This document shows positions 43,061 to 56,938 of a stretch of DNA of 64,000 bases, one piece after another. The notes under the pieces are model-generated. The model was not told the DNA's origin. It was given only the letters and a program-made list of their open reading frames with translations, and did not search any database. The position numbers were made by a program, and so were the translations under genes. Every line of letters begins with the position of its first letter. Within the stretch, counting starts at the first letter, position 1. The stretch is from the NCBI GenBank assembly GCA_951406725.2, contig OX597831.1:40610001-40674000 (forward strand), in the 5' to 3' direction. The stretch is from Octopus vulgaris (lineage: Eukaryota).

Positions 43061-44880
43061 GGTTGGAATTTACAAGAAAACAAAACAAAAGACGAAGACG
43101 ATGAGTAAACAAAGAAGAGATGTATTAGTTTAACACTCGAGAAGTGAGAAAGTCTTACATTTCGAGCCTACACTCTTCAACAGAAAGGAACACAGAAATA
43201 AGCACACAGAGAGAATAAAAAAAGGTTTTAGTGGTTAGCGATTTATCATGACGAATGCTGGACAGATAGGAGAGCTAGGAAGAAGGGGAGATGATAAAGT
43301 AGTAGTGATCCCAAAATGAAGGTGTGCGTGCGTATGGGAGTGTGTGTATATGCGTGTGGATAGAGGCTGGTGCTCTTGATGTGTGCGCGTGTGCATGTGT
43401 AAGTGTTTGGATGACGGTGTGGGTGCTGCGAAGTGGTCAGTGCTAGTGTGTGCGGGGTGGTGTGATGTGGTGTGGTATGGTTGTGTGTGGTGTGTGGTGT
43501 GGTGTGGTAAGGTGTGGTGTGGTGAGGCGGCAAGCTGGCAGAAACGGTAGCACGCCGGGCGAAATGCGTAGCCGTGTTTCGTCTGCCGTTACGTTCTGAG
43601 TTCAAATTCCGCCGACGTCGACTTTGCCTTTCATCCCTTCGGAGTAGATAAATTAAGTACCAGTTACGTGGTGTGGTGGTGTGTGATGTGGAGAATGGAA
43701 GGGAGAATGTGGGTAGGAGTGAAGAGAGAAAATAGGTATCAGAGCAAGAGAGGAGAGGAGAGGTAGCTGGGAGTGAGGGGAGGAAAGAGGCGTGAGAGGA
43801 AGATAGGAGAGAGTGGGATTAGATGAAGAGGGGAGGAGAGTTGAGTCCATTTGGCACAAAGGAGCGAAGAAAGAAGATTAATTCCTGTTCATGGCGAACA
43901 CGGGAGTCCGGATGGCCCCTTTGCAAGGACAATCCGAACACAGACAGGTGTTGTAAAGAATGACCGGTAGAGCGGAAATGGCGCGAGACTGTGGTGTCGT
44001 TGCCGAGTCGATTGTCTCGGAGGTGTTCTGCGAACCGGTCAGCCAAGCGGCATCCTGTTTGAACAATATACAGAGGACAGAGAGAGCAGGAGATGCAGTA
44101 GATGACGTTGCTAGAACTGCAGATGAAGGAGTCAGTGATGTGATAGGGTTGATGATGAGTGCCTGTGAGGGTGGTGTTGGAGATGTAAGGGCAAGTGAGG
44201 CAGCGTGGGCGGGAACAGGGGAACGAGCCGGGTTAAGAGATTGGGTTAGGAAAGAAACTGAGGACCAGGAGGTCACGTAGGTTGTGGACTCGTTTGAAGT
44301 AGCGGAGGGGTCGGTTAGGGAAGATGTGCCAAGTGGAGGGGTCGCACTGGAGTCGCCGGAAGGCTCGGAGAATGGTGTGTTGTAGAGGTAGGGTGGAGGG
44401 GTTGTATGTGAGGGGAAACGTGAGACGGGTGACGGAGGGGCGGGTGCAGGGTGAGAGAGCAGATGCACGGTCCACAGAACGTGCTCTGGCAAGGGTGGTG
44501 TGGATAGTGGTGGAGGGGTATCCATGAAGGATGAAGTGGCGATCTAATAGTTGAGACTGAGTCTCAAAGACATGGTTGTCACTACAGAGCCTGCATAGAC
44601 GGAGGAATTGGGATTAGGGGATGAAGAGCTTGGTGTGTTAAGGGTGAGAGGAGAAGTTGAGGTATTGGTGTGAATCTGTGTGTTAGTAGTGGATGGAGGT
44701 GGTGAGAGTGGAGTGATGAATGTTGACCGAAATGTCGAGAAAGGCGACTGAGATGTCGGAAATAGTGCAGGAGAAGTGGAGGGCAGGATGAAAAGATTTG
44801 ACAAAAGAGAGAAAAGAGTCTAGTTGTTCGGGGGAGAATGAGTTCGCACCGATACAGTCGTCAATATAACGACCATACAT
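43060..44880 (-). mobile_element. PLE (Neptune-type): RT C-half, GIY-YIG endonuclease and 3' pseudo-LTR, frameshifted
   Basis: YGRYIDDCIG, FLDISV, LTYNP, NLRDLLV, C..PRC.TC, SNVIYCISC, RFAEHLR...VSRHF, EQELIF...PNGLN. The pseudo-LTR carries an HHR-like motif at 43154-43187. Confidence 0.93.
43526..43667 (+). mobile_element. SINE B 5' part inserted in the PLE GTGTG microsatellite
   Basis: GGCGGCAAGCTGGCAGAAACGGTAGCACG...GAGTTCAAATTCC...AAGTACCAGTTAC. Confidence 0.88.
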
Positions 44881-45895
44881 ATCTATATTTAGATATAGAT
44901 ATGTGTATATTTATACATTCATACATAGATCTGTCCACCAAATTTCACTCCGAAAGTATTTATTATTCCAAATCTGCACTAGTAAACATTTATGTAATAT
45001 AAAACACAGATAAAAAGAAGTCCGAAACACGTGTCGGCCACGTAAACAAGTGTTTCATGATTCTGTCCGAAAGAGCTATGTGTAAAGTCTATTTCGATGC
45101 TGTCCCTTAGCACTTCATTGTGATTTCTTACAAAGTTTGATTATTTGCTCAGATTGTCCAGCAAGAAATTGCAGAACTGTCTTTCTCGCACTACAAAAGA
45201 CTACCATCATTAATTTTATATTTAGTAATTCGGTGCTGGACTAGCAGTAGCATAGTCAGAGATGTTTCAACCGTGACCATCACGTCTTGTTGTATTCCAC
45301 GACTACATTATACATTGTTTGTTAAGGTTCCTCTATAGACTTTCCATACAAATTATGACCTGCACTGATTCTGTTAGAACTTTTCGTATCTGAGATACCT
45401 AATGTAAACAAACAATTAGATCGAAGATGAAAGATTGGTAATAGGAGTGCATGACATATTTCAAGAGGTTTTGCTCCTACATCAGCACCTATCCAACCCG
45501 TTAATCAACCACGGACTCTTTGCTTAAATAGCCATTAAATATGGCGGTATATCATTATTGAATATACCAGTTTTACAAATTAAAGACATTCCTGAAAGCT
45601 GCTATGAAGAGAAACAATATTTCGTTACATGAAGCGTCTTGGTCAGAAAACGTCGTAACAAAATCCGCGATGGCTACAATTTCTATAGCAAATCTGTAGA
45701 CATAACCTTAACAAGTGATGTTACAGTACAAAACATAAATTACAGCTGTCACTCGTAATCCAGTGTGACTTGGTATCAGCATGTCGCATGCTTTTACAAA
45801 CAGTTTTAAGTGGCCGTGTCGTCAGGAGCAGACAGGCACACTCACGACTCTCGCAGTCGTGATTCAAGGACGCGTCCAAGATGTGATAGCTGTAT

Positions 45896-45937
<42 letters not shown>

Positions 45938-46550
45938 GGAAAGAAAGAATGAGAGAATTACACCAGCACTGGTCTGCTGTTATATTTTAATCGGTCCCAA
46001 ACTAATAAAGGTGTAGCAAACCGCGGTGGTATTTGAACTCAAAGCACAGAGAGCCGCAAATACTATTATAATGCATTCTTATCTGATTCCTCTAATGACT
46101 ACGGTTATCGTCTGCCTTTGAACGAAATCTCCGAAAAAGCATTTAGCTGAGTAGCGTCTCTTGTTCGCTGTTTAGTCGTCGTAGTTATTGTAATGGCCGT
46201 CTTTATTGTTATTGTGATTACTGCTGATGTTTTGTTTTTGTTTGTTTGTTTTATTTTGTATGTTCTTTTGTTTTCTTTTTTCTTTTATTACTGTGCTGAA
46301 GTCCGCTGGTTGTAAGGGTATTGGACATTGCATTCTGGGTAAACAAGCTAAACGGCCATTAATAGTTTCAGGCTTTATTCATCGTCTGCCGTCAGCCTAA
46401 AGTTATATACTTGCCCAAATACAATAGCGATCACGCACTCTCCTCACACACAAGGACACGCACACATACATACATACATAGATACATAGATACATCGATA
46501 CATACATACATACATACATACATACATACATACATACATACATACATACA

Positions 46551-46582
<32 letters not shown>

Positions 46583-46612
46583 CATATATATATATTTATA
46601 TTATATATCATA

Positions 46613-46659
<47 letters not shown>

Positions 46660-47123
46660 TATTGTATGTATATATGTGTTTGTAGGTGTGTGCCTGTGTA
46701 TAAAGTTATGCAATTTGTAAATAAATGTTTAGCTGGACAAGCTTTTACAGACACATACACGCGAGACCCAAGTGTGTGGTGTGTATGTAGTATGTATGTA
46801 TACACATATATATATATACACACACATGTATATGTATATACATACACACATATATATATATATGCGTGTGTATATAGATGTTTATGTGTATATACACATA
46901 CACGCACACACGCACGCACACACATGCATATATATGTATATTTGCGAACTTGTGTATATATGTGAAGTAACGGTATGTCTATACAATATTGTATAAACTT
47001 GTGTGTATATATATGTGTAAGTGTGTACATATATATGTGTGTGTGCATATATATATGTGTGTGTCTGTGCGTGCATATATATATATATATATATATGAGT
47101 GTGTGTGTGTATGTGTGTGTGTT

Positions 47124-47166
<43 letters not shown>

Positions 47167-48269
47167 GTATTGTCTCTATGTGTGGCTGCAAATAACGACC
47201 ATTTTTCTTGAGCACTTTTCATTCTAGTACTTTTACAAATCATGCAATTGTCATGTAATGGGGGATGCGGCGTAGGTGGGGGCGGTGTTTGTGGGGGAGT
47301 GGATGCTTAATGCTTGATGTCACGTCTCCGTATATTCGAATTATGAGCACCCACCACCATCACAACCACCACCACCCACTACAACCACCGCCGCCACCAC
47401 CACCACCTTCATCACTGCAAAGCCCCTCCTCTTCTTCTTCCTCCTCCTGCTCCTCATCCCACTACTAGTCATCATAAATGAAGTCTGTATCCATTCATTC
47501 ATTTCATCTCATTCTTTTTTTCTTCGTCTTTCGTTCTTTCATTTCATTCATTGCTGCTTACATGAAAGTACGTAATTATTTAGATTGCTATCAATAATGG
47601 TCGCATTATGGAAATATATTGATCCCGCTTTCTTTCTTTCTTTCTGTCCTTCCTTCTTTCCTTCTTTCTTTCTGTCTTTCTTTCTTTCGTTCTTCATTTC
47701 TCTATCTCCCTTTTCTCTCTTCTTAACGATAAAGATGATGGGACAGCTTGTCAGCTTCGGAAGCAGCCAACTTCACATCACAAACCTCCTGTTGACTGCG
47801 GCAATTAGATAATTCCAATCTCTCCTGCTGCCTTCTCATCTTTGATGTGCTCTGGGTATTCATTAATTCTTTCGTGAATTGAACCAACGTATTGCTAAGT
47901 TCAAAACCCGGTCGAGGATCTCTCATCAGTTATGGATGATGGAAACAAGAAATTGGTCGAAGATATTGAAGAAGAGGTAAAGTGGGTGTTGGCAATGGCG
48001 GTGGTGGTGGTGGTTGAATGAAACTAATCTGGACTGGATAATCTGGTCGAAGTCTCTTTGGTCTTCTTCTCAGAGCAAAGGTATTTGTGCTGCTGTTGTT
48101 GTTGAGGTGTGCAGGGTCTTATCTTATCATTTGTGGTGTTTAAAGTTTTGAGAGCCATTTTATTCAAGAATTCGTAATATCGGGATGATAGAAGTAAATG
48201 ATCCCTTTTTTAATGCTTCCAGTCTCTCTCTTTCTCTCTCTATTATCCTTTCTCTCGTTCCATCTCTTA

Positions 48270-48309
<40 letters not shown>

Positions 48310-48714
48310 CACCCTCTTCGTTATGGCCCCTGTATAAAGCCAGATCCATTGTAGCGTATTTGACAAGGTTTATTCTGACATTCCTTAATAAACAACCGTG
48401 AGTGTATCTCAAAATTCAGTTATACCTCCTTCATAATCATTTCGGATATAGGCACAAGGCCAGCAGTTTTCCCAGTAGCGAATACCATCGACCTCAATAA
48501 TTAGCAGTCACTTTATTTTATCGATCCCAAAAGGATGAAATGCACAGCTGACCTCGCGGGATTTCAAGTCCGGAACGCAGAGAATCGCAGCAAACCCTAC
48601 AATGTAATTTGTCCGACAGCTCAACCAACTCTACCACTCCACCGCCGCATTCTCCACATAATACCTTCTATTCGTTAACGATTTTCCGCTCTTTAAACGT
48701 TTGCTTGCTTATAG

Positions 48715-48866
48715 TTGGCCATTGAATCCAATAATAAACGTATATCCGTTCACTTGTGGGTACTTTGGTGACTGTACATATCAGATGAGATATGTAAATG
48801 CCTGGTTCGTGAAGCCAGCTATTTTACTCCGAGTATATGCCTTTGCTTTCACTTCTCCTGGTAGTG
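48715..48866 (+). CDS. Candidate internal coding exon of an unidentified gene
   Basis: Acceptor TTTGCTTGCTTATAG and donor G|GTGAGT. Only one frame is open: WPLNPIINVYPFTCGYFGDCTYQMRYVNAWFVKPAILLRVYAFAFTSPGS. No homology recognised. Confidence 0.35.
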
Positions 48867-49040
48867 GTGAGTGTGTTTCTTCTGTTTCCATATATCTAAT
48901 CTCCATTATTCAATAGTTGAAAAACGCCTGAGTTGAGAGCGTGTAGCGACATCTTCCAGTTTTTAAGCTTCAACGTTACTGTGAACCTTTTCTTCGGTCA
49001 CCAGATAAGCGTCAACAGCTATATACAGATATGCACACGA

Positions 49041-51498
49041 CTCTTTTACTTGTTTCAGACATTTGACTGTGGCCATGCCGGAGCACCGCCTTTAGTCGAG
49101 AAAATCGACCCCAGGACTTATTCTTTGTAAGCCTAGTACTTATTCGGTCACTTTTGCCGAACTGCTATGTTACGGGGACGTAAACACACCAGCATCGGTT
49201 GTCAAGCGATGTTGGGGGACAAACACACACACACACAGATATGTATATATATATATATATATATATACACACTTATATACGACGGGCTTCTTTAAGTTTC
49301 TGTCTACCAAATCCACTCACAAGGCTTTGGTCGGCCCGACGCTATAGTAGAAAAAACTTGCCAAAGGTGCCACGCAGTGGAACTGAACCCGGAACCATGT
49401 GGTTTCGTAAGCAAGCTACTTTATTTCATAAAATTTGCCATGACGGCATTACAAAGAGTAGCTTGCAGGCTGGATAGAAACATTATTGAGATGAATGAGG
49501 AAAAAATGATATTGATGGGAGAAGACAAAAAAGGCTCGCCGATTTTTTGCTTCTCTAATGCTTTGCCTTTTGAAAAAAAGAAAATGAGGCTTTAAACCTC
49601 TTATTTTAGTTTGTTACAAATTTTCTTTTTGTCTTTCTACAAAAACGAACACACAAAAATGAGGCAATAAACTTTTTACACAGACTGAGACACCAAGTCT
49701 CTTCAACCACCCCCTATCAATTCTCTTGCCGCCTGCAGGCAATCCCTCAACCGCAAGTCGGGGCACCAAAAGATATAACTCTAATATTTCTTCGAACAGG
49801 ACTCCACTATTTGAAGGAACACTCTTTCTTTCACCACCAGCACCGCCACCTGCGGCGGCCAATGCTGATAATCAGTACAGGCCGAATCCATCAGGTCCTG
49901 ACTTTCAAGACAACTCTCAACAAAGTTGTCAACAACCCTTTCCCTAAGATAGAATACCACATATTTTTTACTTTCACTGGGAGGGTCCACAACTTCCTCT
50001 GTCGGTGGTACGATTCCCACCGAAGAGGCCTCGGGACATGCTGGCAGTACATTGCACACCTCCGGCACCGTCCCATTCTTTTTTTCTTTTTACTTTTTAT
50101 CTTTGGTGCAGGAGGCTTGGCTCCTTCGCCATGACCGCAGGAACCTCGCTTCCACTCGCAACCTTGGGATCCTTCGGAGAGCAACCATTGTTGCTCACCT
50201 TCTTCCTTTTGCTTCCTTTTTTTCCGGGGGAGGTAACTCCCTCCTCCTCCATCTCTCCTTCCAGAAGAGCAGGAGAGGGGTTTCTTCCACAAATAACTGC
50301 TCCAAGACCCTGCTCTGGTCCTGGGGACAGTTCTTTTTAATGTGGCCAGGCTCTGGGCACTGATGACACTGGGGGGGGGGCGTCCCTCAAGAATCACCGG
50401 ATACCCGGACCCGGCCATCCTCAAAATACCTGGGAACACCAGATCATCTGTTGACTGGGTCTACAGGGTGAAAACTGCTTTTGACCCCACCCAATCAACC
50501 GCAGGAAGCATTTTAACATTCAAGAGCTTGGCTCCGCTGCCACCCAGACAATGGCAGATAGTTTCCTCTATCAACTCGGGCTCTATTCCGGGTGGCAGCC
50601 CACACACCCAAGCTTTTGTCAATTTCTTCCCACGATATGTGGGAAGAAACAGAATTTTCTCCCCTTCCAGGGGCTGGCTCGCAAAAGTGCGAGCCTCCTC
50701 AGGGGTATCAAATAGCAACCACAATTTTGCATATTTGACATCCCTTGCAATAAACAGGTATTCTGCCAATTCTTTCTCAATGTCCACTTGAGAGAACACA
50801 GTGATAGTGTTGAGGGACTTGGAGTATGTCCTCAACACCACCGTTCTCTCATTAAATCCTTCATCCACTGCTTGGGGGCACAATTTCCCATCCCATGACA
50901 GTGTTTTTATTTTTTGCCATGCTTTGCAAAAAAAAAACAGCAAAAATGTCCAACAAAAAGTTCAAAATGTTCAAATAAAAAGTCCAAAGGAACACAAAGA
51001 AAGAACAGAAAGACAGAGCAGAGAAAAAAGAACGAAGGAAGACAAGCACGGCAACACAATTCTGCCACTTAGGTAATCCGGGTCCACAGGTAATCCGCAA
51101 ATAATCCACAGGTAATCCTCAAGAATATTACTTCATACAGGTACTCGAATTCACAGTAGCAGACAAAAGAATTCCTCCACGAATGGGCCGAATTTTTATA
51201 AACTTTTCAAATTTTGGTAGCGAGACACGCCCGCCAAAACAAAACAATTCTCACCGCTAACTGAGTTACTCAGCACGACTGCAGCAGACAAATGTTCGAG
51301 ACCCAGTGAGAATTTCTTATATGAAATGTCATACAACCCCCCCCCCACTGAGTCCCTTAAAAACCAAGTCGCGCCTCTTCAACAGTTCTTCGATTCAAGA
51401 AGTCCGCGAAAGTACGTCTTGACAGTATTCAATCCAATAAGCAACTAACAAACACGCATGCGTAAGCAAGCTACTTACCACACAGCCATTCCTACGCC
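49041..51498 (-). mobile_element. SINE family A split by a 2-kb insertion
   Basis: Tail and body at 49041-49421; the rest of the head at 51461-51498. Confidence 0.92.
49422..51460 (-). mobile_element. ORF1-only non-autonomous L1/Tx1-like retroelement with 16-bp TSD
   Basis: CGTAAGCAAGCTACTT at 49406-49421 and 51461-51476. Gag-like ORF1 remnants with a CCHC knuckle (CHQCPEPGHIKKNC near 50328-50369). No endonuclease or RT motifs seen. Confidence 0.82.
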
Positions 51499-52220
51499 TA
51501 TAGACTAGTCAAAACATTTCATTTGATGCCTGTATAGAGTGGATACAATGCTGCTGGCATCGGTCTGACCAAGAACATCTACATACAAAATCCCTACTCC
51601 ACCAAGTGACCGAAAGTTGCTCCTGAAGTCTCTAGATGCTAAAAGCCTTCAGCGCTTGACTGCGTCGGCTGGCGACAGTATTTTTCTCGCACCCATTGAA
51701 GAAACTGGAGTCATGGATTGCCCAATTGATGTGAACTCTGCTATGGAATATGAGATGGTTATTTAGTAAAATTCTTCCTGAGCTATTCAAAGAATAAAAA
51801 GGCCTGTTTCAGTGTAGTTTAAAATCTTCTCGCCTGAGATTTTGGATTGTGTGGCTCTGGCGCCTGAACTAGGGAGGGGCGGGTTGTTATTGTTGTTATA
51901 CTGAATATGGCGAGTGTTAAACCAGCAAGTGTTAAACCACCAATGCAGATAATTACCACACCTTCTGACATAAGTTGCAGTCAGTCATATCTTGAGGCAG
52001 CCGTGACAGGATGTCGCTATCAAAAGAAACGCCCTAGTTTTTGTGCCGAAACACTCATAGAAGATTCGAGAAAATCCGCCATTGACCTTATAAATAAAAT
52101 GTACGCATGGATGCTATAGAATGATTTCCAAAAACGAGATCCGATTGACACTAATATTTCTCATATTTCTGCCACTGCAAAGTAACACAATTATTTATAA
52201 CTATGGGGAAATAAGAAAGG

Positions 52221-52221
<1 letters not shown>

Positions 52222-52291
<70 letters not shown>

Positions 52292-52320
52292 CAGACAGAC
52301 ACACAGACACACAGACAGAT

Positions 52321-52379
<59 letters not shown>

Positions 52380-52532
52380 TAGATAGAGAGCGATAGAGAG
52401 ATAGAGAGATAGACACACATACAGACAGACAGACAGACACACAGATAGATACATACATAATACATACATACATGCATACATACATACATACATACATACA
52501 TAGGTAGATAGATAGATAGATAGATTGATAGA

Positions 52533-52563
<31 letters not shown>

Positions 52564-52586
52564 GTAGATGATAGATAGATAGATAA

Positions 52587-52667
<81 letters not shown>

Positions 52668-52741
52668 CAGACAGTCAGACAGATAGATACAGAGAGAGAG
52701 AGGGAGAGAGACAATAGATAGATAAACATATGTATATATAT

Positions 52742-52828
<87 letters not shown>
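52222..52828. repeat. Compound (GATA)n/(GACA)n/(CATA)n microsatellite
   Basis: Directly visible. Confidence 0.97.
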
Positions 52829-53033
52829 TGCGTGTATGCATGTATCAATAGATATATTTATACCAATTCAATTTGGATACATAGTGTAGTATGCAATATA
52901 AAATTTGCTCCATGTATTCTCTCTCGTTTATACTTTCACATATATACGCATATACATGTATGTACACACGCACACACATACGCACACTTATATAATCACA
53001 TAGAGAAACATACATACATATGTTTGTGAGTAA

Positions 53034-53101
<68 letters not shown>

Positions 53102-54136
53102 TTGTGTGTGTAGAAGTATCTTGCAATATAAATGTGCGATTCCGTTATTTCACTCCACTCCATTATCACTTAACATTTTCATATCGTTGGAGAAAGAAAT
53201 CATTAGAACATGACAAAATTCTGAGATCGAAATATCCGACGAAATACCTTCCTGAATAATACGGAAGTTCTAATCCAATGCAGGCTCAGTAAAAGGCTAT
53301 TGAGACAAGAAAGCCATATCCATAAAAGCAGACGATAGAATGGTGGTTTGTGGCAGTTTTATTTGTTTTAGTCGCCTCAGGGTTGCGAAAGGAGGGGATA
53401 TTGTAGAATCGTTAGCATCCCGGTCACAATGCTTAACAGCATGTCATCCGTCTGTACATTCTGAGTTTAAATTCCGCTGAAGTTGACTTCACCTTTTATT
53501 CTTTAGGAGTGGAGGAATTAAATACCAGTTTAGTACTGGGGTGGATGTAATCAACTTGCAGCCTCCTAAGAAATTGCTGGCCTTGTGCCAAAATTTGGAA
53601 GCGATATCGTCAGAGTTGCTACGACAGTAGCTGGTGGAAATAGTAGGGTGCTGGATTCAATGCTTATGCTCTAAGTTCAGATTGCAGCAATGCCGAATTT
53701 GTCTTTCAACTTTACGGAATTATTTCGTTTTTAGATTTGGTTTGCGAGATTCTTTATGTGAGTTCGTGCGTAGAAGCATATTCTGTTGTGTCTGGGAAAG
53801 ACATTTTCTTCTTTTGCCTTATAATTTAACACACTCATTGAAAAATAAAAATAAAAATAAAAATAAAATAAAAATAAAAATAAGAAATAAGTGGAAATTT
53901 TACCGGTGAGTGTGTTAAATTATAAGGCACACAAAGAAAATGACTCTCCGCAGACACAACAGAATTTACGGAATTAGTTGTGTGATTAAGAAGCTCGCTT
54001 CGAGTGGTTCAGGTTCAGTCTTATTGCGCGGCATCTTGGGGAAGTGTTTTCTACTATAACTCTCGGCCAATCATTGCCTTGTGAGTAAATTTGCCAGACA
54101 GAAACTGTAGGAGCCGGTCGTGTGTGTGTGTGTGTA

Positions 54137-54239
<103 letters not shown>

Positions 54240-54552
54240 ATACCTGTTTGTCCCCCATGCCATATATAACAACCGATGTTCATTTGTCCTGTAACTTGGC
54301 GGCTTGGTAAAAAATGCCGTTAGAATAAGTTCCACACTTACGAATTAAGTATCCTTCAAGGAATAGCCCTGGGCCGATCCTTGCCTTGTGAGTAGATTTT
54401 CTAGACGGAAACAGAGTGAGAACCCGTGACTCCGTCGTGTGTGTATGCCTTTGTGTTTGTCTCTCCCTCCCATGCATAACAACCGGTGTTCGTTTGTTTA
54501 ATTCCCCGTAATTTAGCTACTCGGTAAAAAACAAAAAGGCCTTTCGAATAGT

Positions 54553-54850
54553 TTGTTCCTTCTCGAGCCATGCCTGGCTCATAAGGACCGGTTTCCCGGT
54601 TTCCTTGGCGTATAGATTTCCCACCTGTACGCGACGCCGGTCCGTCGCAGGTGAGCTGCAAGATGCAGGAGGAAAGTGTGAGAGAATGTTGTGGCGAAAG
54701 TGTCAGCAGAAATTCGCCATTACCCTCGGCCGGAGCCGCGTAGAGCTTAGGTGCTTCGTTCATAAACACACACATCGAGATTCGAACCCGCGATCCCTCG
54801 ACCGCGACTCCGTTGCTCTAACCACTAGGCCATGTGCCTCCTCACAGTCA
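54553..54850 (-). mobile_element. tRNA-derived SINE family D, inserted in a degenerate SINE A
   Basis: A box TGGCCTAGTGG and B box GGTTCGAATC. The 3' part CCTGCGACGGACCGGCGTC...CAGG resembles the V-SINE domain as recalled. GAATAGT is duplicated at 54546-54552 and 54851-54857. Confidence 0.85.
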
Positions 54851-55402
54851 GAATAGTACTATGCTTAAAAACTATGTACCCTTCATGGCGATGCCTGAAC
54901 AATGCTGCAGTCCAATGAATGAAGCAAGCAAAATAATAAAAGATATGTAAACTGGGTTTGACCGAATCGACTGCAACCACCGTCCCCGTCATCGCTTCCA
55001 CTGCAGCAAGTTTACGGTGTTGAACAGTTGATGTGTGAGAAATCTATATTCGTAGCATTGTAAGTGAATTGAAAAGCTTTCAAGCCAGAACTGTATCTAG
55101 CACCAGCTCATACAGAGAGACACAGAGAGAGGGAGAGAGGGAGAAAGAGAGAGAGGGGGGAGAAGACATGATTGATTGCTAAGGACATGTCTTAGAATAA
55201 TGGCATAACGAGTAAATAGCTTAGGATATATGCAATAGACAATGGTGATATACGGCAGGAAATAGAGACGTCTTAGCTAGAATCTTCAAATAATAATAAT
55301 AATAATAATATTCAGTTCTATATTTAAGAGTTGAAGAATTATGTACATTACTAACATTATTTACATTTGACAGATATTTGTCCTCCGTCTTGTTTGTTTG
55401 TT

Positions 55403-55448
55403 AACACAACGTTTCGGCTGATATACCCTCCAGCCTTCTTCAGGTGTC
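55403..55448 (-). ncRNA. Minimal type I hammerhead ribozyme
   Basis: GACAC-CTGAAGA-aGGCTG(gagggtatat)CAGCC-GAAA-CGTT-GTGTT: 5-bp stems I and II, palindromic AACGTT stem III. Confidence 0.85.
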
Positions 55449-55500
55449 TTGGGGAAATTTCGAACCTGGGTTCTCATTCCTAGGGTATTTTTCGATATTG

Positions 55501-55535
<35 letters not shown>

Positions 55536-55823
55536 GTCTTTGCACAGCTTCTAACGCTGGAGATGTGTTACAGTCTCAGCTGTTCACTACCAGTGAACTA
55601 AGGTAACACCTCTTATTTTTCGAGCACCTTCCGGAGTATTCGAGCGGTTCCATGCAGTGCTGTTTTCTGCAAGTGCTCCACTCTTATTGCAGCCCCTATT
55701 TGTTCCACGTACTTATAGAGATTTTTTCTCACTGTTCCCAGGGCTCCGACAATTATTGGTACTATTGCTACCTTTTTCATCGACCACAACTGCTTAAATT
55801 CCCAAGCTAACTTGCCATATCTC
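55536..55823 (-). mobile_element. 3' fragment of R4/Dong-like non-LTR retrotransposon in (TAA)n
   Basis: RYGKLAWEFKQLW...VPIIVGALG...LQKTALHGTARILRKVLEK*, flanked on both sides by (TAA)n. Confidence 0.85.
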
Positions 55824-55916
<93 letters not shown>

Positions 55917-55995
55917 TCACTGTCTGGAATCGAACGCGAAATCTTGAGGTTAGTAGCTCGCGCTCTTAACCACTCCGCCATCCCTGTCTGTATGC

Positions 55996-56116
<121 letters not shown>

Positions 56117-56665
56117 AGAAAAAATGCGTCTGCTTATTGTGTTTTCTGATGGTTTTCTTCCTTTTTATCTTTCTTTCTTTATTTATTTATTTTCTATTTT
56201 ATATAAGACGACCAAATATTTGGGAGGAGTTAGAATTGGTTTCGAATGAATATGGAACAAGTGAATATAGAGTTTCGATCTTTGTAAAACACGATTGTAC
56301 ATAGAATTATTACTTATTTATGCCCGAGACGAATAATTTTGAGGGGATGAGTAGTCAATACCACCGACCCCGGTATCTGACTGGCACTATAATTTAATCG
56401 AGCCGCCGAAATGGTAAAAAACAAATTTGACCTTGGTGAGATTTGAACTCATGATGTAAAAAGACTCAGAACAAATACTGAGAAAGTATGTCTTCGAACG
56501 CTTTAACGATTCTGCCGGATTGCTACCCTTTTGTCTGCTTCTGATGGGTTATGACTTAGTCACAAGAACACATATATTTTGGAGGAAGTAGCAGTTGATG
56601 TATTCGCTGGTAAATGAATTATTAGTTGAGCAAAACTTATCGTTCCTCAGCGCTCTCTGTCATCC

Positions 56666-56700
<35 letters not shown>

Positions 56701-56938
56701 GAAAGAGAGAGAAGGAAGGAGAGAGAGATTGGCCACATTCGCGGATACACCATTCTCTTCACCACAGCCACAATGTTGACTTACTAAATAAGAAAGATTG
56801 GCTCTTATTGGAAAGGCTTTGATAAAATGAAAAACACAGTCAATCTTTGTGTTTCAGCCGTCATAGGTCGATAAAATAAGCATCAGCCAAGTGCAGTGAG
56901 TTTAATAATAAACATTATTGAATTATCATATACATATA

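Larger units (their letters stand above)
55313..55985 (-). mobile_element. Putative tRNA-headed, hammerhead-containing SINE (family E) interrupted by a LINE fragment
   Basis: A box at 55980-55970, B box at 55935-55926, an (AAT)n linker, then a body with an HHR at 55403-55448, all on the same strand. Confidence 0.7.

Noticed and set aside
45005-45045. GAAACACGTGTC hammerhead 3' half
   Set aside because: No recognisable CUGANGA or stem II upstream; at best a decayed relic.
45480-45700. Possible ancient RTE-like ORF end (KxxLKAAMKRNNI)
   Set aside because: Too degenerate to call without a profile search.
51540-51850. Possible LINE endonuclease relic on the minus strand (GGVGIL)
   Set aside because: A single short motif among stops and frameshifts.
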